Shown here piece by piece: positions 40,208 through 50,552 of a stretch of 64,000 bases of DNA. The notes below the pieces were generated by a model. The model was not told the origin of the DNA and did no database searches. It saw nothing but the letters and a program-made list of their open reading frames with translations. The translations under genes were made by a program, and so were the position numbers. The stretch comes from a bacterium (GTDB taxonomy: Bacteria; Zhuqueibacterota; Zhuqueibacteria; Zhuqueibacterales; Zhuqueibacteraceae), in contig JBIOXB010000139.1 in NCBI GenBank assembly GCA_044869275.1, positions 1-64,000 on the forward strand, in the 5' to 3' direction. Numbering within the stretch: position 1 is the first letter of the stretch; the number at the start of each line of letters is the position of its first letter.

Positions 40208-42097
40208 ATGGCCGAATATCCGAAAACGCCGAACGAAGCGAAGCCAGCGCAGCAGCGCTCCGCGTGGCTGTGGGTTCCAAGTTTATACTATGCGGAAGGC
40301 ATTCCCTATATCGTGGTCATGTCGATTTCGGTGGTGATGTACAAGCTGATGGGCGTCTCCAACACCGATCTGGCGTTGTACACCAGCTGGTTGTATTTGC
40401 CCTGGGTGATCAAGCCGTTGTGGAGCCCTTGCGTCGATCTTTTTCGCACGAAAAGATTCTGGATAGTCACGATGCAGCTCGTGGTCGGCGCAGGCCTCGC
40501 CGGCGTCGCGCTCACCACTCCTCTGCCCTCTTTCTTGCAGTATACACTGATTTTCTTTTGGCTGCTGGCGTTCAGCTCGGCAACGCACGACATCGCCGCG
40601 GACGGCTTTTACATGCTCGGCCTCGCGCCACACCAACAAGCTTTGTTCGTCGGCGTGCGCAGCACATTTTACCGCCTAGCCATGATCACGGGCCAGGGCT
40701 TGCTCGTCATGTTCGCCGGCTATCTCGAAAGCCACAGCGGTCTGCCGGCAATGACCACTTCGATTCATGCGCGGCCTTCCGCCTTGCCGCATCAGATGCT
40801 CCATCCTGATTCGATCCGTGCAATGCCGCGCCAGGGGGACTTGCGCCTGATCGCGGTGCCGGCGGATTTGACCATCGACCTGGCACCGCGCCGAAAAGCG
40901 GAGGTGGATTCGATCATCGCCTTTGCCAAAAAATGGAATGGGCAGAACGGTTTTTATCAAATCGAACAAAATGGCCCGGCGACGGCCACAAAAGCACCAG
41001 CGCCCTCATGGTGGCAACGAGCGGTGGCCGTCAAAGTGGAGGCATTTCTGAAACGGCATTTCGCCCCGGTGGAGCAGGCGGTGATGAAATCCGATTTTGG
41101 CGGCAATATCGGCGCGGTCTTTTTTCATCTTTCGCAAGCGCCGCCCGCGGGGCAAAGAATTGTGGTGAACTTCGGCCGGGCTTCCGGCGACAATAGCATC
41201 GCATTGGTCGAGGGCGCGCGTTTTCAATTCACGCCGGAAAACTGGAACAAACCAGTGATGGCGGTGCTGCAATTGGATCGCAAGCTGCAAACCCCCACCT
41301 CCGCCGCGTTCAAAGCCCGCGCCGGCAACATTCCCTGGGCGTGGTCGATCACGTTTTTTGTGCTGGCGGGAATGTTTGTGGGCTTTTGCATTTATCACCG
41401 TGCCATGCTTCCGCACCCTCCCCAGGACGCCGCCAGCATGAAATCGTCCAGCCGGTGGAAGGATTTTTGGAGCACTTTCGCCTCCTTTTTCAAAAAGAAA
41501 AACATCGGCGTGATTCTCGCCTTCTTGCTCCTCTATCGCTTTGCGGAAGCGCAATTGGTGAAACTCGCTCCGCCATTCTTGCTGGATGCGCGTGAAGTGG
41601 GCGGTTTGGCATTGACGGCCGGGCAAGTGGGTTTTGTCTACGGCACGGTGGGAATTGTGGCGCTGACCATCGGGGGCTTGCTCGGCGGCTGGGTGATTTC
41701 CAGGCAGGGTCTGAAGTTTTGGCTCTGGCCCATGGTGCTGGCGATCAACATTCCAGACGCGGTTTACATCTATCTCGCGTATGCTTTGCCGGATAGTTTT
41801 TTCGTCACCAATCTTTGCGTTGCCCTCGAGTCGCTCGGATACGGTTTCGGTTTTACGGCTTACATGCTCTACATGATCTACATTTCCGAGGGTGAGCATA
41901 AGACCGCGCACTTTGCGCTCTGCACTGGCTTCATGGCGCTGGGTATGATGATTCCGGGCATGTTCAGCGGCTGGCTGCAGGAAATCATCGGTTATCGGCA
42001 TTTCTTCGTGTGGGTGATGTTGGCGACGAGCCTCGGTTTTTCGGTGACGAAGTTCATTCAAGTCGATCCCGAGTTTGGGAAAAAGCTGAAAGCGTAA
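40208..42097 (+). CDS. AmpG-like MFS transporter with ~200-aa insertion
   Basis: WVPSLYYAEGIP, LPWVIKPLWSP, SATHDIAADGFY, GYGFGFTAYM, HFALCTGFMA. Confidence 0.88.
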   Translation: MAEYPKTPNEAKPAQQRSAWLWVPSLYYAEGIPYIVVMSISVVMYKLMGVSNTDLALYTSWLYLPWVIKPLWSPCVDLFRTKRFWIVTMQLVVGAGLAGVALTTPLPSFLQYTLIFFWLLAFSSATHDIAADGFYMLGLAPHQQALFVGVRSTFYRLAMITGQGLLVMFAGYLESHSGLPAMTTSIHARPSALPHQMLHPDSIRAMPRQGDLRLIAVPADLTIDLAPRRKAEVDSIIAFAKKWNGQNGFYQIEQNGPATATKAPAPSWWQRAVAVKVEAFLKRHFAPVEQAVMKSDFGGNIGAVFFHLSQAPPAGQRIVVNFGRASGDNSIALVEGARFQFTPENWNKPVMAVLQLDRKLQTPTSAAFKARAGNIPWAWSITFFVLAGMFVGFCIYHRAMLPHPPQDAASMKSSSRWKDFWSTFASFFKKKNIGVILAFLLLYRFAEAQLVKLAPPFLLDAREVGGLALTAGQVGFVYGTVGIVALTIGGLLGGWVISRQGLKFWLWPMVLAINIPDAVYIYLAYALPDSFFVTNLCVALESLGYGFGFTAYMLYMIYISEGEHKTAHFALCTGFMALGMMIPGMFSGWLQEIIGYRHFFVWVMLATSLGFSVTKFIQVDPEFGKKLKA

Positions 42098-42123
42098 CTT
42101 TTAAAAATCAACTTTCCACAAGC

Positions 42124-43683
42124 ATGGCTATGGAACCAAAACGCCTCGCCGCCATTGACATTGGCTCGAATTCCACGCGCTCGATCATCGTTGAAGTCGA
42201 TGCCGATGGCAATTTTCGCGTGCTCGACGACGAAAAAGAATCCACACGCATCGGCGAGGGCATGGGCAAGAACAAAAACCTGTCCGCGGCCGCCCGGCAG
42301 CGCACGATTCAGGCGCTGCAGCGCATGACCGACATCGCGCGCGGCTTTGGCGCGGAAAAAATCCAGGCCATCGCCACCAGCGCCGTGCGTGAAGCCAAGA
42401 ACCGCGAGGCGTTTTTGCAGAGCGTGGAAACGGAAGTCGGGCTGAAAATCAAGATCATTTCCGGCGAAGAAGAAGCGCGCCTGGCCTTTCTCAGCATGTT
42501 GCATCATTTCGATCTCGGCCACCAGCGTTTTTTCGCCTTGGACATCGGCGGTGGCAGCGCGGCTATCATTTCCGCGCGCGGACCGCACGTGGAAAAAATT
42601 CACTGCCTGGAATTGGGCGCGGTGCGCTTGACGGAGAAGTTCTTGCACAGCGATCCGATCAGCGAAGCGGAATACAGAGCGCTGAGCAGACATATTAAAA
42701 AGACCCTGCAGCCCATTCGCGCCGCCGAAGAACCAGGTGCGCAGATTCTCATCGGCTCCGGCGGCACGATCACCACGATCGCGGAATTGCACAAAGCGCT
42801 GCAGGAAGAAAAATACACCGGCGTACACGGCTACGAATTGAATCGTGCGCAAGTGAACCACGTGCTGGACGACCTGCGGCACAAATCGCTGAAAGAACGC
42901 CGCAAGCTGCCGGGCTTGAACCCCGAGCGTGCCGACATCATCGTCGCCGGCGTCACCGTGGTCAATCAAGTCATGAAGGTGTTTGAAATCAACACGCTGC
43001 GCGTGAGCGCGCGCGGCATTCGCGAAGGATTGATTCTCGACATGATTGCCGGGCCGGCCGCGGCGCGCAAAAAAAATCCCGTGCAAAAACCCGTTTCCGC
43101 CAGCCGGCGCGAGAGTGTGCGCGCCTTCGCCGAATCCTGCCGCTTTGAGGCGCCACATTCGCTGCACGTGACCAAGCTGGCGTTGAATATCTATGATCAA
43201 TTGCTGCGTCCCAACGAGAACCAAATCGCGTACGAGCGTGATCTTTTGGAAGCGGCGAGTATCCTGCACGATATCGGCTATTTTATCAATTACACGCGCC
43301 ATCACAAGCACAGTTATCATTTGATCATCCATTCGCCGCTGGTGGGATTTTCACCGCGCGAAATCGCGATCATCGCCAACCTGGCGCGCTACCATCGCCG
43401 CGCCGAACCGAGCAGGCACCACGCCGAATTCGCGCAACTCGGCAAGCCGGATCAAAAATTGGTGCTGAAACTGGCCGGCATCCTGCGCCTCGCCGACGGC
43501 CTGGACCGCAGCCACGGCCAGCGCATTCAAGAATTGCACAGCGAAAAAACCGGGAAAAAAACGCTTTTGCATTTATTCTCAAGCAAAGATATTGGCATCG
43601 AAATATGGGGGGCGCAACAGAAAGACGGGTTGTTCAAGGAATTCTTCGATACCCAATTGGAGTATAAGCACGTTCCGCAGTAG
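42124..43683 (+). CDS. ppx: Ppx/GppA exopolyphosphatase with HD domain
   Basis: AAIDIGSNS, ATSAVREA, ISGEEEA, DIGGGS, ERADII, GIREG, LHDIG, LRLADGLDRSH. Confidence 0.93.
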   Translation: MAMEPKRLAAIDIGSNSTRSIIVEVDADGNFRVLDDEKESTRIGEGMGKNKNLSAAARQRTIQALQRMTDIARGFGAEKIQAIATSAVREAKNREAFLQSVETEVGLKIKIISGEEEARLAFLSMLHHFDLGHQRFFALDIGGGSAAIISARGPHVEKIHCLELGAVRLTEKFLHSDPISEAEYRALSRHIKKTLQPIRAAEEPGAQILIGSGGTITTIAELHKALQEEKYTGVHGYELNRAQVNHVLDDLRHKSLKERRKLPGLNPERADIIVAGVTVVNQVMKVFEINTLRVSARGIREGLILDMIAGPAAARKKNPVQKPVSASRRESVRAFAESCRFEAPHSLHVTKLALNIYDQLLRPNENQIAYERDLLEAASILHDIGYFINYTRHHKHSYHLIIHSPLVGFSPREIAIIANLARYHRRAEPSRHHAEFAQLGKPDQKLVLKLAGILRLADGLDRSHGQRIQELHSEKTGKKTLLHLFSSKDIGIEIWGAQQKDGLFKEFFDTQLEYKHVPQ

Positions 43684-43886
43684 TCAGCCTGTGTGAAAAC
43701 GCTCGTGCCACCGCTCAGCGGTGGAATGCATGCGGTGACGCTCTGCGTTCGGAAAAGTTAGGCCTTCATAAGTATTATGAAAACAAAATGTGATCGGACG
43801 ACAAGCGGAAACGCAGAGCGTTTCAATAGGTATCACGATCCCGAGGGTTCGGGATCGTGACGAGAGCGCGTTTTCACATAGTCTGA
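43684..43886. mobile_element. MITE-like element
   Basis: TIR tcagcctgtgtgaaaacgc / gcgttttcacatagtctga (17/19), same end family as 24289-24418; internal hairpins. Confidence 0.72.
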
Positions 43887-44267
43887 GTGCTCTTGGCGCT
43901 TAACCGCCCCTCTGGTATTGTCATCGCAGTTTTTAAATTGAAATTACCTGCACTCTCCCTGGGAGAATTTCGTCCCTTGATTTTCTATGGCCGATAGGCT
44001 ATTTTAGTTTTACGGTAACTATCCAGCTATTGTTTTTGTCAGCGGATTGAGCGGATAAAGCGGATTTTAAAGATTCGTTTACCGGCGAGACTACGCCGCC
44101 GAGTGACGTTGATGTAGCGGTTTATCCCGCCAGGGAATTGAGCTTCGATGACCGCCTCAACGTTATTCAACGGTTGAGCAAAAAGCGGCCTTGGACAATT
44201 TGGGCGTGACTTTTCTGGATCGTCTCGAAAACTTCTATTTGCTCAATGACATTATTGAAAACATCTT

Positions 44268-46346
44268 ATGACCACACCTGTGAAATTTTGTGAACATCCC
44301 TTCTTCTATCGCCGCCGGCCCACGCATGAAGTGAAAATCGGCGAGGTCGGCGTCGGTGGCGACAATCCCATTCGCGTGCAGTCCATGACCATTGCAGATA
44401 CCATGGACACCGCCGCGACCGTGAAAGAAACGATTCAGCTTTATGAAGCCGGCTGCGAGATCGTGCGCATCACCGCGCCCTCGATGAACGAGGCGGAGAA
44501 TCTACGCAACATCAAAGCGGAATTGCAGCGGCAGAATATTCGCGTGCCGCTGGTGGCGGATATTCATTACACGCCCAACGCGGCGCTGGCAGCGGCGGAG
44601 ATCGTGGAAAAGGTGCGCATCAACCCCGGCAATTACGCGGACAAGAAAAAATTCGAAGTGCGCGAATATACCGAGGCCGAATATCAGGGGGAATTGGAGC
44701 GCATTGCACAACGTTTCGCGCCGCTGGTGAAGAAGTGCAAAGCCAACGGCGTGGCCATGCGCATTGGCGTGAACCACGGCTCGCTCGCCGATCGCATCAT
44801 GAACCGTTACGGCGACACGCCCGAGGGCATGGTGCAATCAGCGCTGGAATTCATTCGCATCTGCGAGGCGCACGGCTACAAGGACATCGTGGTGTCGATG
44901 AAATCCTCGAATCCGCAGGTGATGATTCAAGCGTATCGCCTGCTCGCCGGCCGCATGTATGAATTGGGCATGACGTACCCGTTCCATCTCGGCGTGACCG
45001 AAGCCGGCGATGGCGAGGACGGCCGCATCAAATCAGCCGTAGGCATCGGCTCTTTACTGGAAGACGGCCTCGGCGATACCATTCGCGTGTCTTTGACCGA
45101 AGATTCGATCTATGAGCTTCCGGTGGCGCAAGCGCTGGTGAGAAAATTCAACGCTGGGCGTGAAAAAAATGGCGCAGCGCGGGAAGCAAATGAAGCACGG
45201 GTCTCGCAATTTCCCGTAGTGCCGGAAGACTGGGCTCGCGTGGTGAAACCTTACGAATACAATCGCCGCGCGGCGCAGCGGGTCGCAGTTTCCGGTCTGG
45301 CGCTGGGCGAAAAAGAGTTGGTGCGCGTGGGCATTTCGCTGGCGCACAACGGCGCGGCGGATGACGAAGTGCGGGCCGCGGTGCCGAAAGCGAGTTATGG
45401 CAAAATCAAAGTATTGGGCGCGCCCGAGCCGCCAGCGGAAAATTTCGCTGAATGGCTCGAAACCGGCGCGAACGGTTGGAATCTGCAGCACACGCGCGCA
45501 TGTTTGCAAAACACGGGGCAACATTCCCCTCTCGCCGCAACCTGGCAAAGCTTGAACGGCGAGAAAGCGCCGGAAACCGTGTTGTTGTTTATGAATGAAG
45601 CGAGCGCGGAAGAAGTTGTTTCGAGCTGGCGATATGCACAGCGGCACGGCGCACATTTGCAGGCCGTGCTCACAACTGAAATGATTGCCGAGCGCTCGTT
45701 TTTTGCAAATGCGGATTTGCTCAAAAACGTGCTTCCGGCCGGAGCCTCGTGCTCGATTGCCATGGCCATTCCCGGCAATCGCCTCGGCCAGGTGGGCTTG
45801 GTGCGCATGTTCGTGAGTTATATCGATAAGATCGGCCTAAACGTGCCGCTGATCTGGCGTTATCAGGTCCCGCCCGATTTGCGCGGCTCGGCCACGGATT
45901 GGATGCTCGATGCCAGCAGCCAGCTCGGCGCATTGTTGTGTGATGGGCTTGGCGACGCCCTCGTGGTCGAAGGCTTGATCAAACCGGCAGAAGCTTTGCG
46001 TTTTAGCTACAATTTGTTGCAAGCCACGCGCTTGCGCATTTCCAAAACCGAATTCATCTCCTGTCCAAGCTGCGGCCGCACGCTGTTCAATTTGCAAACC
46101 ACCACAGAGCGCATTAAATCCAAAACCAGCCATCTAAAGGGTGTGAAAATTGCGATCATGGGCTGCATCGTCAATGGCCCGGGCGAGATGGCGGATGCGG
46201 ATTTCGGCTACGTCGGCACCGGCCCAAAAGTCGTGAGCTTGTACGTGGGCAAAGAATGCGTGCAGCGCAACCTCCCCGAGGAGGAAGCGGATGCGCGGCT
46301 GATTGAGCTGATCAAAGCGCATGGCAAGTGGGTGGAGCCGGGGTAG
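44268..46346 (+). CDS. ispG: HMBPP synthase, long (inserted-domain) form
   Basis: PIRVQSM, PLVADIH, RINPGN, RIGVNHGSL, HLGVTEAG, ISCPSCGRT, IMGCIVNGPGE. Confidence 0.96.
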   Translation: MTTPVKFCEHPFFYRRRPTHEVKIGEVGVGGDNPIRVQSMTIADTMDTAATVKETIQLYEAGCEIVRITAPSMNEAENLRNIKAELQRQNIRVPLVADIHYTPNAALAAAEIVEKVRINPGNYADKKKFEVREYTEAEYQGELERIAQRFAPLVKKCKANGVAMRIGVNHGSLADRIMNRYGDTPEGMVQSALEFIRICEAHGYKDIVVSMKSSNPQVMIQAYRLLAGRMYELGMTYPFHLGVTEAGDGEDGRIKSAVGIGSLLEDGLGDTIRVSLTEDSIYELPVAQALVRKFNAGREKNGAAREANEARVSQFPVVPEDWARVVKPYEYNRRAAQRVAVSGLALGEKELVRVGISLAHNGAADDEVRAAVPKASYGKIKVLGAPEPPAENFAEWLETGANGWNLQHTRACLQNTGQHSPLAATWQSLNGEKAPETVLLFMNEASAEEVVSSWRYAQRHGAHLQAVLTTEMIAERSFFANADLLKNVLPAGASCSIAMAIPGNRLGQVGLVRMFVSYIDKIGLNVPLIWRYQVPPDLRGSATDWMLDASSQLGALLCDGLGDALVVEGLIKPAEALRFSYNLLQATRLRISKTEFISCPSCGRTLFNLQTTTERIKSKTSHLKGVKIAIMGCIVNGPGEMADADFGYVGTGPKVVSLYVGKECVQRNLPEEEADARLIELIKAHGKWVEPG

Positions 46347-46347
46347 C

Positions 46348-46478
46348 TCGTGGATTGTGGATAGATGATCGAGGATCGAGAATTGATGATCGAGAATTGT
46401 AGTTTGAGATTTAAGAATCTATATGGCACTTCACGATCCACAATCCACCATCCTCGATCCACGATCTTCGATCTTCGA
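46348..46478. repeat. Inverted heptamer array (GATCGAG / CTCGATC units) overlapping the luxE-like start
   Basis: gatcgaggatcgagaattgatgatcgagaattg ... cacgatccacaatccaccatcctcgatccacgatcttcgatcttcga. Confidence 0.8.
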
Positions 46479-47532
46479 TTTTATTTCAAACGCCGGTCTC
46501 ACAATCTTCGACGAAAAGACATTCGGCCAGCTCGCCTTGCAGCTTTTTCGTTATCAACTTCAACACAACCCGATTTATCGCAGATTTTGCGAGCAAGCTT
46601 CACCACCCGCCATCGCTCCGCGTCATTGGGCTGAAATCCCCGCGGTCACGACCAGCGCATTCAAACATGTGCCGTTAACCTGTTTTCCTCCGGAACAAGC
46701 GCATGCCGTATTTCATACCAGCGGCACTACGGCGCAGCGCAGCGGCAAACATTATTTTCGCACTTTGGAATTCTATCGCGCCGCGATGTTGCGCAGCTTT
46801 CGCGCTTATTGCCTGCCTGATCGTGAAAAAATGCTCATGCTTTTTCTCGGGCCGACGGCTGAACATTTTCCCAACTCGTCTTTGGGCTATATGTTTTCCG
46901 CCGTGCACGAAGAGTTCGGCGCAAAAGGCAGCGCCGCGTTTTTCACACCGGAAAAACTGGCGCTGACCGAATTCCGGAATGCTGTCGAACGAGCCGTGCG
47001 AGAACCGGTTTTCATTTTGGGAACGGCTTTCAATTTGTTGCAATGCATGGAGGAATTGCTGAAGAGCGGGCGGCATTTGGTGCTGCCTTCCGGCAGCCGC
47101 ATTTTGGATACCGGCGGCTACAAAGGCCGCACACGCGAAGTGCCGCGCGAGGAATTTCAAGAGATGTTGTCCGGCTGTTTCGGTGTACCGGGACATTTCG
47201 TATTAAATGAATACGGTATGACGGAATTGAGCTCGCAGTTTTATGAAAGCCGCTTGCCGGGCACACCATTGCGAGACGATAAGGTAGACATCAAGTTCAT
47301 GCCGCCCTGGGTGCGCGTTGTTGCCGTTGACCCGGGGAATTTGCAGCCATTGCCCGCGGGCGAGATCGGCATGCTGCGCATTTTTGATTTGGCAAATGTC
47401 GATTCCGTGCTGGCGATTCAAACCGAAGACTTGGGTCGGGCGTGGCAGGATCGCCTTGAATTGGTGGGCCGCGCGAGCGGGGCGGAATTGCGCGGGTGTT
47501 CGCTGCTCACGGAGACAATTGCTAGAATATGA
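46423..47532 (+). CDS. LuxE-like acyl-protein synthetase
   Basis: FHTSGTT, DTGGYKG, EYGMTELSSQ, IQTEDLG, GRASGAELRGC (LuxE acylated Cys). Confidence 0.88.
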   Translation: MALHDPQSTILDPRSSIFDFISNAGLTIFDEKTFGQLALQLFRYQLQHNPIYRRFCEQASPPAIAPRHWAEIPAVTTSAFKHVPLTCFPPEQAHAVFHTSGTTAQRSGKHYFRTLEFYRAAMLRSFRAYCLPDREKMLMLFLGPTAEHFPNSSLGYMFSAVHEEFGAKGSAAFFTPEKLALTEFRNAVERAVREPVFILGTAFNLLQCMEELLKSGRHLVLPSGSRILDTGGYKGRTREVPREEFQEMLSGCFGVPGHFVLNEYGMTELSSQFYESRLPGTPLRDDKVDIKFMPPWVRVVAVDPGNLQPLPAGEIGMLRIFDLANVDSVLAIQTEDLGRAWQDRLELVGRASGAELRGCSLLTETIARI

Positions 47533-48896
47533 CTAATTCTTTGTCAAATAAGAATCCAAAGCTGCCATCTGCATTCGTGCCCCTTTCATCGGGGTTTGCC
47601 CGCGAGCATCAGGGCTTGTCTCCTGCGGAGCTATCCCGTCTATTGCAGGCTTTTCACACTCACGCAATTGAAATTGAAGCAAATGCCAAAGACTGGCAAC
47701 AGCGCGCGCTCAAAGCCTGGCACGCCGTGGCGCGCGCATGGGAAAACTGGCAATTCCCGGGAGCAGAAGCGGTGCTGGCGCAATTGGAAAACAATACGCA
47801 CATGAGCCCTCCGGTGCTGCGTGAAAGCCTCGCTAATCATTTTCGCATGATCAGTACGGCGGAAATGGCCGCGTGGCTGGAAGAAGTTGAAGAAGGGCGC
47901 GCGACCAATGCCGGTGAAAATGGCTATCCTGCCTGGGCTTTTATCATTGGTTCGGGAAACATTCCAGGCGTCGCTTTGCAGCCGCTCATCCAGTTTTCAC
48001 TGCTGGGCATTCCAGCCTTGGTCAAATCTGCCAGCAGCGAACCGCATTTCATGCCCGCGGTCTTGACTACACTCGCGCAGTATGATGAAGAAGTCGCCGC
48101 GCACACGCTCGCGTTAACTTGGCCGCGAGATCAAGAAATTCTGACCGACGCCGTGCTGGCGCAATCACCGGCTGTGGTTGCGTTCGGAGATGATGTCACC
48201 ATGGCGCGGTTGCAGCACAAGGCGGCAGCGAGTTTTGCGCCGTTCGGAGATCGTTTCAGCACGTCGATTGTGTCAGCGGCGGGAGCCAAGCTGCAAACCC
48301 TGCGCAAGCTGGCCTATGATTTCATCATGTTCGATGGCAAAGGTTGCCTCTCCCCGCAAGCGATTTTTGTGATCGCGGACACATGGGAAGAAGTGGAAAA
48401 TTTTGCCATGCATCTTGCGGGTGTGCTGGCAGAAGAAAATCAAAAATGGCCGGCAGGACACTGGTCTGAGGCCGAAAGAGCTTTGATTCAACAGTGGCGC
48501 GGGGCGTGGCAGATGCGGCGCGCCGCCGGTGATAAGATCGCCATACTTCAGCCCAGTGACACTGCGTGGTCCGTGGTCGCAGCGGATGAGTTTGATTTGG
48601 ACGATCGCACGGCGTTTCGAGCGGTACGTTTGTGGTGGGTGAAGGATTTTGCAGAAGTCATGCTGGTGCTGAAAAATCACAGCCACAAAATTCACGCACT
48701 CGCGGCCGATCTCAAAGATGAAGAATTTGCTCGGCTCGCGCTTGATCTCGATGAGCAAAAAGAGCTGCTAGGCCGCATCATCTGTGCTCCTGGAGAATTA
48801 CAGCGCCCCTTCTTTGGATGGATGGGAATCAATCGGCGGTGGTTTGAGTTGATGCATGGCATTGGGTTGGGAGTTGGTGACGGGGCGAGTGGGTGA
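47529..48896 (+). CDS. LuxC-like acyl-CoA/acyl-protein reductase
   Basis: SGNIPG, VKSASSEP, VVAFGDD, DGKGCLSPQ catalytic Cys; ATGA overlap with luxE-like. Confidence 0.8.
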   Translation: MTNSLSNKNPKLPSAFVPLSSGFAREHQGLSPAELSRLLQAFHTHAIEIEANAKDWQQRALKAWHAVARAWENWQFPGAEAVLAQLENNTHMSPPVLRESLANHFRMISTAEMAAWLEEVEEGRATNAGENGYPAWAFIIGSGNIPGVALQPLIQFSLLGIPALVKSASSEPHFMPAVLTTLAQYDEEVAAHTLALTWPRDQEILTDAVLAQSPAVVAFGDDVTMARLQHKAAASFAPFGDRFSTSIVSAAGAKLQTLRKLAYDFIMFDGKGCLSPQAIFVIADTWEEVENFAMHLAGVLAEENQKWPAGHWSEAERALIQQWRGAWQMRRAAGDKIAILQPSDTAWSVVAADEFDLDDRTAFRAVRLWWVKDFAEVMLVLKNHSHKIHALAADLKDEEFARLALDLDEQKELLGRIICAPGELQRPFFGWMGINRRWFELMHGIGLGVGDGASG

Positions 48897-49030
48897 GTGG
48901 GTGAGTGGGAGAGTGGGAGAGTGGGAGACTGGGAGACCGGGTGACGGCCGACGAGGTGATCAAGTGCTTTGACGACTTCTACTCCCCCCTTCCCCCTGTC
49001 TCCCCGTCTCCCCGTCTCCCCATCCCCATC
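48886..49030. repeat. Inverted octamer array (GGGAGAGT / TCTCCCCG units)
   Basis: gagtgggtgagtgggtgagtgggagagtgggagagtgggagactgggagac ... ccctgtctccccgtctccccgtctccccatcccc. Confidence 0.8.
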
Positions 49031-49060
49031 AAGCATCGGTTCTCATCGAAGGCGAAACGT

Positions 49061-50248
49061 ATGCTAAAAGACTTTCTCACCTACCTTTGCCAGACTTCCC
49101 CCGAGCCGCTCGGGCTGGAAATCGATCATGTCCAGGGTATCTATCTTTACACGCGCGACGGCCGGCGTTACATTGATTTCATCTCCGGCATCGGCGTGGC
49201 GAACATCGGGCATGGCCATCCGAAAGTGCTCGCCGCTATGCAGGCACAAATGCAGAAACATCTGCACGTGATGGTTTACGGCGAATACGTTCAGGAAGCG
49301 CAAGTGCGATATGCCAAACGCCTTTCGGAGCTTTCGCCGGTAAAAGACGGCGTCGCCTTTTTCTGCAACAGTGGTGCGGAAGCGATTGAAGGTGCACTCA
49401 AGACCGCACGCAAATTTACTGGGCGGAAGAACTATATTGCATTCGAAGGCGGGTATCACGGCGATACGTACGGCGCGCTGTCGGCGATGTCGAGCAGCTC
49501 TTATCGCCGTCCTTTCGAGCCGCTGTTGAGAGAATTTCAATTCATTCCTTTTGATGATCCTTCCATGTTGCACCGAATTGATGAAAATACTGCCGCCGTT
49601 TTGTTCGAGCCGGTGCAGGGTGAGGCCGGGGTGCGCGTTCCTGCGCCGGAATTTTTGCCGGCGTTGCGGCAACGCTGCGATGAGACCGGCGCGCTCATGA
49701 TTGCCGACGAAGTGATGACCGGCTTCGGCCGCACCGGAAAGTTATTCGCCTGCGAGCATTGGCAGATTCAACCTGATATTGTTTGTCTTGCGAAGGCTTT
49801 GGGCGGCGGTCTGCCGCTGGGCGCTTTCATCGGCCGGCGTGAAATTATGCAAACTCTTTCGCACGATCCGCCCTTAGCGCATGTTACCACCTTCGGCGGA
49901 CATCCTTTGAGTTGCGCCGCAGGCTTGGCCGCGCTGGAAGTTTTATTGACCGAAAAAATGGTGGAAAACAGCGCGCGAAATGGCGTGCGTTTTCTGCATG
50001 AACTGCAGTTAAATCTGCAAAACAACAAATCCATCAAAGACATTCGCGGCCTGGGGAGTTTTTTTGCCATCGAGTTCGATTCGGAAGCCGCCACACAAAG
50101 ATTCGTGAAGAACTGCCGCGAGGCTGGCTTGATCATCGGTTGGACGTTGCACCATGCCACGATCGTACGCGCCGCTCCGCCATTATGCATGAACGAGCAG
50201 GAAGCGGAAGCGGCCATTGCAATCATGATTCGCGCGGCGCAGTTCTAA
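49061..50248 (+). CDS. Class III PLP aminotransferase (ArgD-like)
   Basis: [57 protein letters not shown]; start re-called at 49061. Confidence 0.93.
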   Translation: MLKDFLTYLCQTSPEPLGLEIDHVQGIYLYTRDGRRYIDFISGIGVANIGHGHPKVLAAMQAQMQKHLHVMVYGEYVQEAQVRYAKRLSELSPVKDGVAFFCNSGAEAIEGALKTARKFTGRKNYIAFEGGYHGDTYGALSAMSSSSYRRPFEPLLREFQFIPFDDPSMLHRIDENTAAVLFEPVQGEAGVRVPAPEFLPALRQRCDETGALMIADEVMTGFGRTGKLFACEHWQIQPDIVCLAKALGGGLPLGAFIGRREIMQTLSHDPPLAHVTTFGGHPLSCAAGLAALEVLLTEKMVENSARNGVRFLHELQLNLQNNKSIKDIRGLGSFFAIEFDSEAATQRFVKNCREAGLIIGWTLHHATIVRAAPPLCMNEQEAEAAIAIMIRAAQF

Positions 50249-50552
50249 GATTAAATTATTGTCAAATTATCCGTTGGCCTTAATCAATCCATTGGAGAAA
50301 AAAGTTAGAATCTCATTCTGAGTTTACTTTGCTGGTCACCTAACCGCTAGCTTTGTCAGCTTGTCCCCACATTCCCTCCGCCCTCCGGGTGTGAAATCCT
50401 GGCCAATTCACAAAAATTGCGATTACTGTTCATAGGAATTGTCCTACGCAAATGACGAATCCGGCAAGTAGTATTCACTCGTATACCCAGATTTCAGCTT
50501 CGACTCCGCTGTGCACGGAATTCGACCGAATGGGTTCCTTCTTGGAATCAAC

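Noticed and set aside
44268..46346. IspG central insertion as a novelty
   Set aside because: Long three-domain IspG is already known from several bacterial phyla, plants and apicomplexans
46423..48896. Bioluminescence operon
   Set aside because: No luxA/B/D/G; only the reductase components are present
48886..49030. Possible CRISPR array (also considered for the other repeat arrays)
   Set aside because: Units are 7-8 bp without unique spacers; no cas genes in the window
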